Positions 26,859 to 39,125 of a stretch of 64,000 nt of DNA are shown one piece after another. Each line of letters starts with the position of its first letter. Within the stretch, counting starts at the first letter, position 1. The DNA lies in NCBI GenBank assembly GCA_951406725.2, contig OX597831.1:61876001-61940000 (forward strand), read 5' to 3'. Made by a program: the position numbers and the translations under genes. The DNA comes from Octopus vulgaris. Taxonomy: Eukaryota. The notes under the pieces are model-generated. The model worked only from the letters and a program-made list of their open reading frames with translations. It was not told where the DNA came from and searched no databases.

Positions 26859-28255
26859 AAAATTAATGCCACGTGGGTAAAATCCTTTGCTTACGCGCCT
26901 GTAGTTTAAGGGTAACAACCCAGAACTGACCCGGCCACCTGGCGCGAATATTTTCATGCAAATATAAGAAGGGCAGCGTCACCTCCCACCTAAAAGATTT
27001 TGCCTATGCAGCATTAGTTTTCGCGGAGAAAATCAAGTCCGATACTTTTTGAATGCACCACGTATACGCGTGGAGGATTACGTGCAAAACATTGTACGTG
27101 TTTCCCCGCATACATACCCTTTCACATATATTTAATGTGCCACATATATAGTGTAAATAACTATCTGATTATTTAATTGCAGAGATTCGGCATGATTTTA
27201 TGAACATAATATTTGCATCGTTTGGAGTTTATATTCTAAAAAAGCAATATTTTAATGCTCTGCTTTTTAAGAAACTCTGAAAAATATATGCTCCAGGTTT
27301 TATGATTTTAATCCTTTATCTAACCTTTTGGTAAATAGCTTTAGATAAAATTTTATTTGGTTTTGATATTATTTCAACTTCGCTGATGCATCAATTTCAT
27401 TTTATTTGATAAATATCTAAAAGACGTATAATAGATAAAAATAAATATTATTTTTCCATTTAAATATTGTTTCAAGTTTTCAAAAGCATAGCAAATTTTG
27501 TGAATGAAACATGGCAAAATTTAGTAAATTTTCTGTGCATAACTGTATTAAATGAAACACGTTCTTAATTCTAAATAGACTTAAATTTCATTAAAAAAAA
27601 AGTGTACCCTTGATAAAGCACGACTCTGGAGATCTGGGTCATAGTTGTGTTGTTTGGAAAACATATAATAGTCTATGCTACTGTTTGTTGGAAACTATTT
27701 CGGAGAATAATTGATAATAAAATATTTCAAAAGCCTAAAATCACCCCACCCCCGCATACAGTCTGTTCATATCACATTTTAGCGTATTTGATGTAAAAAC
27801 CTATGACGCTATTTTGTATAGTATTTCCTATCTCATTTTGGAATAAAACTATAAATTCCTTTAAGTTGAATCGTGGCAAAATAAATTCGTGAGCTATATT
27901 CAACCCAGGTAAAAAAAAATGATCCATTAATGATAAAGATTTATAGTGTATTGGATTTAGATTGTGTGACAATATGTGGAACTTTATTTTGAAATGTGAA
28001 GTTTAACAAACTGCAATATTTCTGACTGAAAATTTAGTTTCAGCTCTTTTAAATTTTGACTTTTTTACTACAAGTATATCCTCATAAAAACTTCCTTACA
28101 CTTAACTGCGGAAAGCAGATTTATAAACGAATCTATTTTTGTTGATGAAAGTTCGTGTCTGAAATTATTTTATGTATAGACATGTAAAGTTCACAAAATA
28201 CCATTTCTGATAGATATTTAACATCATTACTGAAATAACAAAAAAAAAAAAAAAA

Positions 28256-28460
28256 ATGCAGCACGGAATTTTGTCAGTGAACAGGTTGCGGACTCAAAGC
28301 GACGAAAATATTTTGGCAAATTGAATTTAAATGTTGAAGTGAATCTAACGGATTTTGTGTGTTTCTTAAGTGGCTTATAAAGACCTTCCACGCTGCAATT
28401 GTTTTCGTCCCAGCACACTATCTCAGATCAGGTCACTTGCTATGCAAGTACATCTCTGTA
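28256..28460 (+). mobile_element. Monomeric ~200-bp repeat (putative PLE pLTR) with G3-C8 hammerhead variant
   Basis: Aligns along its whole length with the reverse complement of 44197-44400; motif tttgtca-GTGAACA-g-gttgc..gcgac-GAAA-atat-TT-tggcaaa at 28270-28320. Confidence 0.7.
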
Positions 28461-29660
28461 AAGAAAGAAATTTAATTTTGCTATTAATAGGTTAAACAGA
28501 AACACATTTACATGTGATTTTGACAGAATCAATCAAATAATTAGTTTACTTTCTCTTACTACTGGCAGAGATCAACATCATGGAAGAAATCAGGACGGCG
28601 AATGTCGTCGGATTTATCGTATTGTGTCAGTTACTAATAAGTTGTTCCGTTCGTTTATTTTTGAAATTTGCTTGTCATCATTCCAGAGGTTATTATAATA
28701 GAAACCAGCAAAATGCTGAGATCGGCTCACTCAATTATAACCGTTTCCGTGATTGTATGACCTTGTATCGTATAAAGTCAACGATTAGTTGATTTAAAAC
28801 AGCGAACATGTAACCAGACATCAGATATTCTTTCGTCTTCTACAGTACATCCAAAAACCGGATTGTAAGAGAATAAAATTAGCATTATTTGGCATCGAGT
28901 AATTATGGTTGTCGAGTGGTTGGATCGCGAGATTGTTAGGAAAAAAAAGCAAAACATTTTGCCGTATTCTCGCTGTTTACGAAACCCCCTCCATATCAAA
29001 TTTGTATTTCAAAGAAGATACTTTTGAGTAGTTACCCGATCTCCTAGAAATAATCACCAAGTTACACTAACTCACACCATATGTTTTAAAATAAAGATAA
29101 ACTATTCAATGTAATTGTAGATTTGAAATTGAATAAAAACAAAACAAAACTGAATGACCTTTACTGGAATCTTTCGATTACTGACCGCGTTACCATAACC
29201 GCACCTGAGGTAGGGCTTAACAATCCTAACATGAATAAGCCATGCATCCACTTCCAAAGTATCAATCACAAATGAAATAAGTCTGCGTCAGAGAGCAAGT
29301 GGCAACCTGTTCAAAATTAAAACAACAGCAGAAAGCTTTCAAAAATCATTTAACACTGTTTCGCTTCCTTTAAACTACTAATAGTTTCGAAATAGATACA
29401 AAATCAACAACTGCTCTTCATCTACCTGTTAAAATGCTGGACCTTGGTGATTAGCCAAAAGAAATCAATATCAAATCAAGATAAAGAAAACAACATACTA
29501 TGAGATGGAATCTACCTATTTCTTAGTTAATTTGTGGTCCAATTATTTCTCAATTGCAATCCAAGAATTGGCAGCTCAATCTGATTACGTACAATTAGCT
29601 TACTTTTGCTAATTGCTTGCATCTGCAAAACTCTAATTTTCTCTGGACCTCTTTGCCTTG

Positions 29661-29663
<3 letters not shown>

Positions 29664-29728
<65 letters not shown>

Positions 29729-29749
29729 GTATGTACGTATGTATGTATG

Positions 29750-29780
<31 letters not shown>

Positions 29781-29896
29781 ATATATATATAACCATACAT
29801 GCATACATGCGGACTCGCATATATACATAAATTTTATGTATATGCATACACAGTCGCGTAGCTACAGGATACATATATGCATGGGTGTGTGTATAT

Positions 29897-29970
<74 letters not shown>
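29664..29970. repeat. (TA)n/(TATG)n/(CA)n compound microsatellite
   Basis: Direct inspection. Confidence 0.9.
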
Positions 29971-30254
29971 AACATGAACGCATGCACATACACACACAAA
30001 CACACACATTGTACATGTATATATAATCAATATTATATACGATTTTACATGAATATGCAGTCCAAATATGTATACACGTATGCTGCTGAATCATATTTAT
30101 AATCATCCATTTAATCAGAGCGAGTATGATTAGCAGACTTAATGAAATGCTGCCTTCTTTGCTGTGCAATAAATAAACAGGTTTCGGAACAGGAGAGGTT
30201 GATCGAGGTGATACATGTTATCTAAATTAAGATCGACAGTCTTGCTACTGTACA

Positions 30255-30860
30255 ATAAACCAGGACAGCCACGACGACGACTGCCTCCACCAAAACCGCC
30301 GCCACGACCACCACAAATGCTACCACCATCACCAATACAACCACCAATATATCACCCCCATTACCACCACCTATACCACTATCACCATACATCCGCCAAC
30401 GCCAACGCCAACGCCATAATAAAGAAACGATGATAAAGAATTATTTCGCTAACAATAGTGACGCTAATACGAATCCAAACAACAGCATCAACAACAATAA
30501 TACCTAAAATAGGAACACAAACAACAACAACAACAACGAATACAGCGGTAATATCAATGACAGCGGATCGGCATAAACTAGAACAATCCAAATAGCATTA
30601 CTAGCTCTGTTATGTGCAGAAGCAATAACAACCACACGAAACATAAAGACAGGTCAAAGCAACAACAATGACAACAACGAGTCTAGCAACTACCACCGAC
30701 AATAACAACAACAACAGCAACCATTATAATAATGTCAGCAACATTAACAACAACAAGAACAGCAGCAATCACAGCTATTACTACCAGCATCTCCACCACC
30801 ACCACCATCAACAGCAACAACAACAACAGCCAAATTTGTAATACCACTATCAGCAAAAAC
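30255..30860. repeat. Degenerate (CAA)/(CAC)/(CAG) trinucleotide low-complexity tract
   Basis: Direct inspection; multiple stops, no long ORF. Confidence 0.85.
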
Positions 30861-31562
30861 TATATGAGCTGATTAAAGATAGCAAAGCGATTATTCTGAG
30901 TCATAGTTTTTAAAAGTCTACTTAGATTCTGTCTATTCCACAGGAAACTGATCGAGGAATTCTCCAATTAAATCTTATCTTTGAAACATCGATCACATCT
31001 CATCTAAACGCAATTACTCGTCCTTGCCATTAGATTCGCTGTTCGATCGTAATTGCCTTTCTGTCTCTAACGATGTTTCATATTCTTGCTGCTTGGTCAG
31101 TTGCCAGATTATATTTACGTTTTTCTCCCATCTTTTCGTTGCTTCACCAACGATGATTGGAGCGGAACATTTCTGTCATTTTATTAATTTCGCTTTCTTC
31201 ATTCCGTATTATTTTCGGCAACCTAAATCGAATTTTTATTGGCCGTTTGTCCACCTCCTCCAGTCCCATAACACAGTCATGCATGCACAAACGTCCTTAC
31301 GCATAGAAACATTTACATATAAAGAAAAAAACGTACACAAACATATAAAAGACAGCGAGCATACACCAGACAAAAATATGCATATGCAATTGGACACAAT
31401 ATGGTACAAAATGATCTGCATGTATTTCTCAACATTGTCTTCCCGGAGGGAGAAACCTATATATTTAGAAACGTGTACAATTATTTCACTCTCTTCGACA
31501 GAGCTCATAATACAAACATATCTATAATATATACGGTATGCTTGATAAAGCTGGATCTAAAT

Positions 31563-31687
<125 letters not shown>

Positions 31688-31849
31688 GATGAGAAAGTTG
31701 GTTTGTGAAAGAACGTGCTTGAATATATAGAAAATAGTAAAAAGGGAAAAAACTACAGAAGGCTTGTTTTAAAAGGTTAAAAAATATATATTTGAGTCAA
31801 TATGTCTGAAGAATGTTATCAATTTTTTTCTTACAATGACGTAGTTTAG

Positions 31850-31889
31850 AAGAAATGACCGGTTTCGCGTTCAGCTTTTCAAATTTCTT
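31850..31889 (-). ncRNA. Minimal hammerhead ribozyme, U3-A8 variant
   Basis: Minus strand: aagaaat-TTGAAAA-gc tgaac gc-GAAA-ccgg-TC-atttctt; perfect 7-bp helix I, palindromic helix III, GUC triplet. Confidence 0.75.
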
Positions 31890-31971
31890 GCATCGTTATG
31901 TTTATGTTGAGAAGAGTTCCAAATAAGGGGAGGTAATAAGTGATTTCTTCCGGTGTAAGGGAGATAATCGC

Positions 31972-32766
31972 TTAAAATTTTTTGTCTTTCCTTTGGAGTG
32001 AATTTCTCTGTATAAGTATGTTGGAATGGTTAAGTCTGGGCTTGTACTTTTCAATGAAGAATGTTTCCTTGTTTAGTCTAATTTGTGTTGGTGTTCCGAT
32101 AGCACATTGGTAAAATGGAAAGATTAAAAATTGTGGTAGTAGTTGCTTTGCGCATTTCTCAATGTGCTCACTAAAGGGTATCATTCTGTATTCTGGGAAT
32201 GCAATCTGTTGTCGATGCAGTGTGCATCTACGTCTGAGTGATAGTCCCGTGGATCCCACGTAGTCTTGGTGGCAGCCCGAGCATTTTATGACATAAATTA
32301 TGTTTTCAGAGGCACAAGTAAAATTAGATTTGATCTTGAATTTCTGTCCCTCTTTGAAGAGGAATTCTGATCCTTCTAGCAGGTTTGGACATGTTGCACA
32401 GTTCAGTCTACCACATTTTTTTACTTTTGCATCCGTAATTTCAGAAAACAATTTTGCCTTTGTGAGAATCTTTTTAAGTGATTTAGGTTGTTTGTAGCTT
32501 TTAATGATTTGGTGCATGTTTAGAATTTTCTTTAATTTGGGGTCCTTATGAAGTATTGGTAAATTCTGGGTGATGATGGTGAAGGCTTCTTTGTTTCTGG
32601 GGTTGTATGTGGATATGTAAGGTAGTATTTTCGGGGAAGGTGTGTTGTTGTGTTGAACTTTTCTTAAAGTTTCTATGTTGATTTCTGTTGCACGTCTGAT
32701 CCCATCCTTTATGAGTTGAGCTGGGTAATGTCTGTCAATTAGGGTGTTTTTGAGTTCTTGCAGTCT
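31972..32766 (-). CDS. PLE polyprotein C-terminal part: RT thumb end, Cys linker, GIY-YIG endonuclease (5'-truncated, no stops)
   Basis: RLQELKNTLIDRHYP..LPYISTYNPRN..CGRLNCATC..NIIYVIKCSGCHQDYVGSTG..RCTLHRQQI..RLNKETFFIEKYKPRLN; frame stays open up to the inversion junction. Confidence 0.88.
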   Translation of the reverse strand, partial: RLQELKNTLIDRHYPAQLIKDGIRRATEINIETLRKVQHNNTPSPKILPYISTYNPRNKEAFTIITQNLPILHKDPKLKKILNMHQIIKSYKQPKSLKKILTKAKLFSEITDAKVKKCGRLNCATCPNLLEGSEFLFKEGQKFKIKSNFTCASENIIYVIKCSGCHQDYVGSTGLSLRRRCTLHRQQIAFPEYRMIPFSEHIEKCAKQLLPQFLIFPFYQCAIGTPTQIRLNKETFFIEKYKPRLNHSNILIQRNSLQRKDKKF

Positions 32767-32898
32767 AAACCGGTCATTTCTTCTAAATTATGTCATTGTA
32801 AGAAAAAAAGTGATAACATTCTTCAGACATATTGACTCAAATATATATTTTTTAACCTTTTAAAACAAGCCTTCTGTAGTTTTTTCCCTTTTTACTAT

Positions 32899-32954
<56 letters not shown>

Positions 32955-32956
<2 letters not shown>

Positions 32957-33194
32957 ATAAATAAATACGCCCTTTTAAAGAGTAGCCAGGCTCATTGGCC
33001 CGGTTTCTCGGTTTCTATGGCGTATGTGGTCCCTAGTTCACCGCAGCATTACTCATTTTTGCCAGCTGTGTGGACTGGCGCAACGTGAAATGAAGTGTTT
33101 TGCTCAAGAACACAACGCGTAACCCGGTCCTGGAATCGCAACAACGATCTTACGATCATGATGCTGACACCCTAACCACTAAGCCACGCGCCTC

Positions 33195-33197
<3 letters not shown>
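32955..33197 (-). mobile_element. tRNA-derived CORE-like SINE
   Basis: Minus-strand head gtggaggcgcgtggcttagtggttagggtg; shares CORE-like block with 7200. Confidence 0.85.
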
Positions 33198-33227
<30 letters not shown>

Positions 33228-33469
33228 GCCTGTATGTACGTCTATATATATATATGTATAAAGGCTTGTTTTTATGTTTAGTTATAATAAAGAACATTTT
33301 ACATTAATCTGATGGATTACTCTATAGATTTGTAGAGTGCAAATTTATTATTCTTGTGGAAAAATGCTTTGACAGTGACTCAATGTTACGGCCAGCTAAC
33401 ACGACGATAGCTTAGTTAACCGAATCTTCGAAATCACATCAACAATATTCTTGTGTAAGAAAATATATG

Positions 33470-33897
33470 TATATATTTAAATAATGAAGGTGGTAAATTG
33501 AATATTGATTTATTAACATTAATTTAAAACCAGTGGCCTAGCATATAGAAAAATCTGAAAAATTCAGAAAAATTGTATTACATGAGTATAAGAAGGGATG
33601 GCCATTAAACGGACATCCAATATGCTAGAAATAGATCACCTACGATCTAACCACAAAGGAAAAGAATGTTCTCTAGAAAAATTCAGCAAACACCAGAACA
33701 TAAGCGGGTAAGACAAATGAAAATATACAAAGTAAATATTCTTTATTCTTTATTTGTCAACTAACAAAATAAATATTTACTCTCTCACATCACTTCTCTT
33801 ATATCAACAACAATACATATTTCTTTACATATCATCTAGGGAACAAACTCAAGCCATAGCAGCACTTCTCAAGATTCATTTTCACAAAATATTTATA
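33470..33897 (-). mobile_element. Probable decayed PLE 3' end (endonuclease tail plus terminal repeat)
   Basis: Minus strand near 33800-33880 gives K*ILRSAA..VCSL, resembling a GIY-YIG C-terminus; internal inverted repeat ctagcatat / atatgctag; weak. Confidence 0.35.
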
Positions 33898-33899
33898 TA

Positions 33900-35113
33900 T
33901 TAATTTGGTAACTAAGTTACCGCCGTTTTTTTTAAATTTGAATTTCTAAAAAGTTTTAATAAAGAATAACAACTAATTAATCAATAATGTATTCACCCTT
34001 AAGTGTTTACAACTTCTTCCCAAGGTTCAATAAGATTTCCAATACTGCGTTGGTAGAAATCACCCGATTTCGACTCGAAAAATTGATCCAACCAATCCCT
34101 CAATTCTACATCAGAACGAAACTCTGCGCATATCATTTGAAAGAGATCGAAAGAGGTGTGGCAGCACTTCCTAGCCATGCATTTGAATGACTTTCTTGGT
34201 CATATTGGCGATATGAGGGAGGGCGTTGTCATGCAGCAGAAGAGCTCCAAGCTGACGATTAGGTCTTTTCTCTTGAATAGCCGTGTTGAGTCGTTCCATC
34301 TGTTGAACATAGAGTTCTGCGTTGACCGTTTGGTTCCGTTCAAGCAATTCATAATGGATAATCCCTTCCGAGTCCCACCATACGCACAACATCGTTTTAC
34401 GCGGATGAAGACCTTGTTTCATGTGTGGTTTCGCTTGTTTACCAGGGCTAAGCCATTCCTTACGCTGCTTCATATTGATGTACAGGCACCATCTTTCGTC
34501 GCCAGTAACGATTCAGTAAAAAAATCGTTACTTGTGACCATGAGTTGAGCGGTGACGGGCAAGCACACCAGCAGAGATTGTGGCTCGTTGATTTTTGTTG
34601 GTGTCACTTAAAGCGTGCGGAACACATGCTCCATACTTCTGAATCTTTCCTATCAAGTGAAGATGCTTCTCTATAGCAGTGTTGAAGCATTCCGTTTTCT
34701 CTGTCGTTTGACAAGAATTTTCGTGCAAAATTTTGTTTAATCGCTCTTCATTGAACTCAACGAGGTCTGAACGAGTTGCGTCTTTGAGGTCAAAATTTCC
34801 ATTTTTGAACTTGGCATACCAATCACAAGCAGTTCTTTCAGCTATGGCACCCTCTCCATACACAGCACAAATGTTACGAGCAGTTTTTGCGGCCTTAGAA
34901 CCGTGATTAGAAGCTAAAACAAAAGGAGGTGTCGAAAATTCTCGGCTTTCTTAACCTGACATTTCGTTTTAATGATCTGAAAATAAACAAAAATTAACTA
35001 AAATTAACTAGAAAAAAATATATTCAAAAATGATTCAGAATTAAAATTCTCAAAAAAAAAAAAATACATTCCACAATTTAAAAATAACGGTGGAAACTTA
35101 GTTACCAACCCAA
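33900..35113 (-). mobile_element. Near full-length mariner (mellifera-like), inactive
   Basis: TA-flanked TIRs ttggtaactaagtt..ccgtt / aacgg..aacttagttaccaa; transposase motifs YGEGAIAERT..WYAKFKNGNFDLKD, LHPRKTMLCVWWDSEGIIHYELL, LLLHDNALPH, GEYIID*. Confidence 0.92.
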
Positions 35114-35329
35114 TATTTTTCTAGATCTGAGTTGAATGGATATTCGCTAACTCTCTATCGTCTATTAATAAATGCTTTTTAAAATGAAAATAAAATAACA
35201 AAAAATCCTAGTAGTCTCAGAAAAAGAATTGAAATATGTTCCTTTTCTATTAATCATGTTACCACTCTCTTTTATTTTCGTTATTTCCAGCTAGCTGCTT
35301 TGGAGATGTTTTCTGAAAATTATTTTCAT

Positions 35330-35377
35330 CTATCTCTCTCTCTCTCTCTCTTCCTTCCTTCCTTCCTTCCTTTCTTC

Positions 35378-35415
<38 letters not shown>

Positions 35416-35620
35416 CTCTCTCTCTCTTTCTAAATATATATGTGTGCATATATATGTATATATATAGATAGACAGATAGATATACATACATATATAGATA
35501 TCTATATATTTATTCACACATATATATGTATATATAAATATACACATAATACATATACCCGCATATATAGAAACATATATATATATATATATATGTATAT
35601 ACATGTATATATATATATAC

Positions 35621-35671
<51 letters not shown>
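35330..35671. repeat. (CT)/(CTTT)/(TA) compound microsatellite
   Basis: Direct inspection. Confidence 0.9.
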
Positions 35672-35676
<5 letters not shown>

Positions 35677-35982
35677 TCAATATAGGGTGGCAAAAATATT
35701 TTGTAGAATTCTTTTGCCACCAGGCCTAGTGGGAAAAAATAAATAGTCATAAACCATTTTTAAGTTCAACATCAACAATCAAGGAACGGCCATAATAGGC
35801 CATTCACCCACTATAACAGCCAAAAGCTTTAACCGCAAAATATGTCAATTCCGTAAACCAGGAGAAAATTGAAAAACATATACCCTGTAATTTCTTAGAC
35901 GATGCACCGTTTCATCTTCAGTTTAATGGAAAACTAACCTGTCTAGTGGGTGAATGGCCTATTATGGCCGTTCCTTGATTGT

Positions 35983-35984
<2 letters not shown>
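35672..35984 (-). mobile_element. Putative PLE pLTR fragment with inverted segment, between (TA)n tracts
   Basis: ~40-bp inverted repeat 35773-35813 / 35944-35984; hammerhead-like core at 35895-35926 on the minus strand. Confidence 0.65.
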
Positions 35985-36023
<39 letters not shown>

Positions 36024-36324
36024 TATATGTGTGTGTGTGTATACATGTATAATTATGATCATACTACAGTTATATGCTGTAGAAAAGATCGAGTACTATA
36101 ACGAAATTAGAAAAAGAAATAAATCGTTACACTAATCGCAATATATATTATTTACAAAAATATGTAAATTGTAGTAGAGTAATTAGTCCAGGCATTACAG
36201 AAGACCGAAAATTGTTTTACTTGAGGAAATAATTGTATGAAACATAACAACACACATTAAGTTTCAATGGAGATTATAATGTAAGACATGAATATATTTC
36301 AATATAAATAATGGAAGATGATGA

Positions 36325-36508
36325 TGGGCTGGCAGAATCGTTAGCGCGCCTGCTAAATATTTATGTTCTGTGTTCAAATTCTGCTCATGTCGACTTTGCA
36401 TTTCATCCGTTCGGGTCGTTAAAAATTGTCCAATTGAACACTAGGGTCGATTTAATCGACTAAGCCCCGCCCCTAAAATTGCTGATTCGTGCCAAAATTT
36501 GAAACCAG
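36325..36508 (+). mobile_element. Nin-like SINE, diverged
   Basis: gtcgactttgcatttcatccgttcgggtcg. Confidence 0.8.
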
Positions 36509-37692
36509 TATAACTGATGGAAAAGTAATGCATTTTAGAGTATGACAGAATAAAAGAGTTTGAAATAGTAAAACAGTATAGAATGCGAGATATTGTTGAT
36601 TAATATTTGTTAATTCCAAATTTAATTTCTACTTACATCATAATTTTCAATTTATTTTCACAATACACAATAAGCCATTTTAACCGAATGTGATTACCGC
36701 GTATATGATGAAGGGAACGCTGGCAAGTTATTGTAAAAAGAAAGAAAAAACCGTTGATATATTTAACGTCAAAGGCAAGTTAGAGAAAGAGAAGGTGGAG
36801 AAAGAAAGATATTAACAGAAAATTAAAAGTGAAGAAATATAGGGAGATATCTGTTATTCGAAAACATTTTACTAAACTCTGGAGCTACTAACACCCTTAT
36901 GTGAATTTTTGCTACCCTGGTAACTATTTAATTTTTCCGTGTTATTTGTACATATATATGAGTTGTGTAAATTCGATATTTTTTCTTTTTGCCTACATGA
37001 AAAAGTGTGTTACTACCTGGGAGATCTTTATAGTAGTAGAAAAGGCATTTTAGCTCCTATTTGTAAATTCGGTGCGTGACGAAGCAATTAGCTGACCCCT
37101 GATTATAATTATGTTTGTGATTATAGAATATTTGTATGATTTTAACTAAAAAGGTTATTTTAACGTACCGAACTACTTGGTAAAAAAAACTACTGCCAAA
37201 AATTATACACCCTTTTCTGGGAATTGTGCAATACATGGATGGCATGGCGAAGTAGCACAAGCAGCCAATTTATGTTTGTAAAACGACTATTGCATGTATG
37301 CTGAGAAACGATTGTTTTTGTCTCTCTGTCTGATGAAAACTGTTGCAGCATTAAAAATACATTTCACTTTTTGACGAAATATGACAACTGTGCTTCACAT
37401 TGACTATAGAATATTTTAGTCTTATTGAGTATGTTGCGACAATTTTGAAGCTTGGCGGAAGTTGAATCGCTGTAAGAGATTAATGTTCATCTGTAGTTGT
37501 TGTGGAGCTTACAAGGTGTGCGTAGACATTCAGTTCAATGAGATACTTTATATGATTTAGAGCGAGAATTTCTTCCCAGTCTGTTATAATTAAAACAGAA
37601 AAAATATGTTTTCAACAATACAATGCCTCTGTCTATACTTTAAATTCAACCATATAACTGTTTAGAGAAATGCTACCTAAAGTTATATTCTT

Positions 37693-38106
37693 ATTTTTTT
37701 ATTGCCCGCAAGGGGCTAAACATAGAGGGGACAAACAAGGACAGACAAAGGAATTAAGTCGATTACATCGACCCCAGTGTGTAACTGGTACTTAATTTAT
37801 CAATTCCGAAAGGATAAAAGGCAAAGTCGACCTCGGCGGAATTCGAACTCAGAACGTAGCGGCAGACGAAATACCTATTTCTTTATTACCCACAAGGGGC
37901 TAAACACAGAGGGGACAAACAAGGACAGACATAGGTATTAAGTCGATTACATCGACCCCAGTGCGTAACTGGTACTTAATTTATCGACCCCGAAAGGATG
38001 AAAGGCAAAGTTGACCTCGGCGGAATTCGAACTCACAACGTAACGCAGACGAAATACCGCTAATCATTTCGCCCGACGTGCTGACCTTTCTGCCAGCTCG
38101 CCGCCT
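37693..38106 (-). mobile_element. Dimeric Nin-domain-like SINE
   Basis: Two tandem bodies with junction gacgaaatacctatttcttt; degenerate TSD taaagttatattct / taaaattatgttct. Confidence 0.9.
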
Positions 38107-38211
38107 TAAAATTATGTTCTGACCACCCCAGAGACGAGATCTATTTTGTATATACATTTGGACATATATCGTTTTGAAATTTAGTACATGGCTTGCAGAT
38201 TTGGAGGAGAG

Positions 38212-38338
38212 GCTGAGGCGATTAAGTCGACTCCCCACTATTCTAATGGTACCTATTTTATCCCGAAAGGATGAAAAGCTAATCGACCCCCATAGAGTTT
38301 TGCCCGGTATGCTAACAGTTCTGCTAGCTCGTCGCCTT
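38212..38338 (-). mobile_element. Nin-like SINE remnant
   Basis: cccgaaaggatgaaa, ttctgctagctcgtcgcc. Confidence 0.65.
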
Positions 38339-38907
38339 CATTTGAACAGATACTGGAAACAATTTTGTTGAGAAAATAAGGCAAATCCTGATGGAATTTA
38401 GAAAGCTGATAAGAGGAATGGTGTAATATCGAAATATTTCGGAGAAAATAGATCTACTTAGCAGTAAGTTACGAAGATATGTGATATAACATTCTTTATT
38501 TATTTGTAGAGATATTTAAGTATGTTCATAAATTTGGATTACATATGAAGTAGCTCTACCACAATTGTTCAAAATATCATCTGGTTTGGTTTATCCATTA
38601 ATCCATCCTTTCATCTATTCATCGATTTTTAAAGCGGTTGCTTGGTAGAGTCAATAGAGTCTCCCAAGGGATTTGCTACCATTGTTTCTGATTTCTTTGT
38701 CTGAGCTCAAATAATACCGCTGTTAGGACCGGATAGGGTTTAGCACAACCAGGTGTAGTAAAGCTTACGAGGCATTGTATATCTTGTTAGCATTTGTACA
38801 TCACCGTCAATTAGTTCCATGACAAGGCCTATCCTCGTATGGATGTAACCACACACATATATATATATATGAATATATATACAAATACACATACACACGT
38901 ACATACA

Positions 38908-38973
<66 letters not shown>

Positions 38974-38994
38974 CTCACACACATACACAAAGAT

Positions 38995-39125
38995 CGCAAG
39001 GCTTATTCTTTGTAAGACTAGTTCTTATTCTGTCAGGCGCTTTTGCTGAACCACTAAGTTACGGGGACGAAAACACAAACTCGGTTGTCAAGCGATGGTG
39101 GGGCACAAACACAGACACACAAACA
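38995..39125 (-). mobile_element. SINE 3' part, 10204 family
   Basis: cttattctttgtaag..ctaagttacggggacg is the reverse complement of the family tail. Confidence 0.75.

Larger units (their letters stand above)
31688..32903 (-). mobile_element. 5'-truncated Penelope-like retroelement (Neptune-like) with inverted partial pLTR, inserted in a microsatellite
   Basis: 137-bp inverted repeat 31729-31865 / 32767-32903 with about 3 mismatches; open GIY-YIG frame; microsatellites on both sides. Confidence 0.92.

Noticed and set aside
29581-29630. Hammerhead at ctgatta plus hairpin caattagc/gctaattg
   Set aside because: The 3-8 pair is broken and no GAAA follows the stem
30215-30433. Pro/His-rich protein exon
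   Set aside because: Lies in a degenerate trinucleotide tract; no splice or homology support
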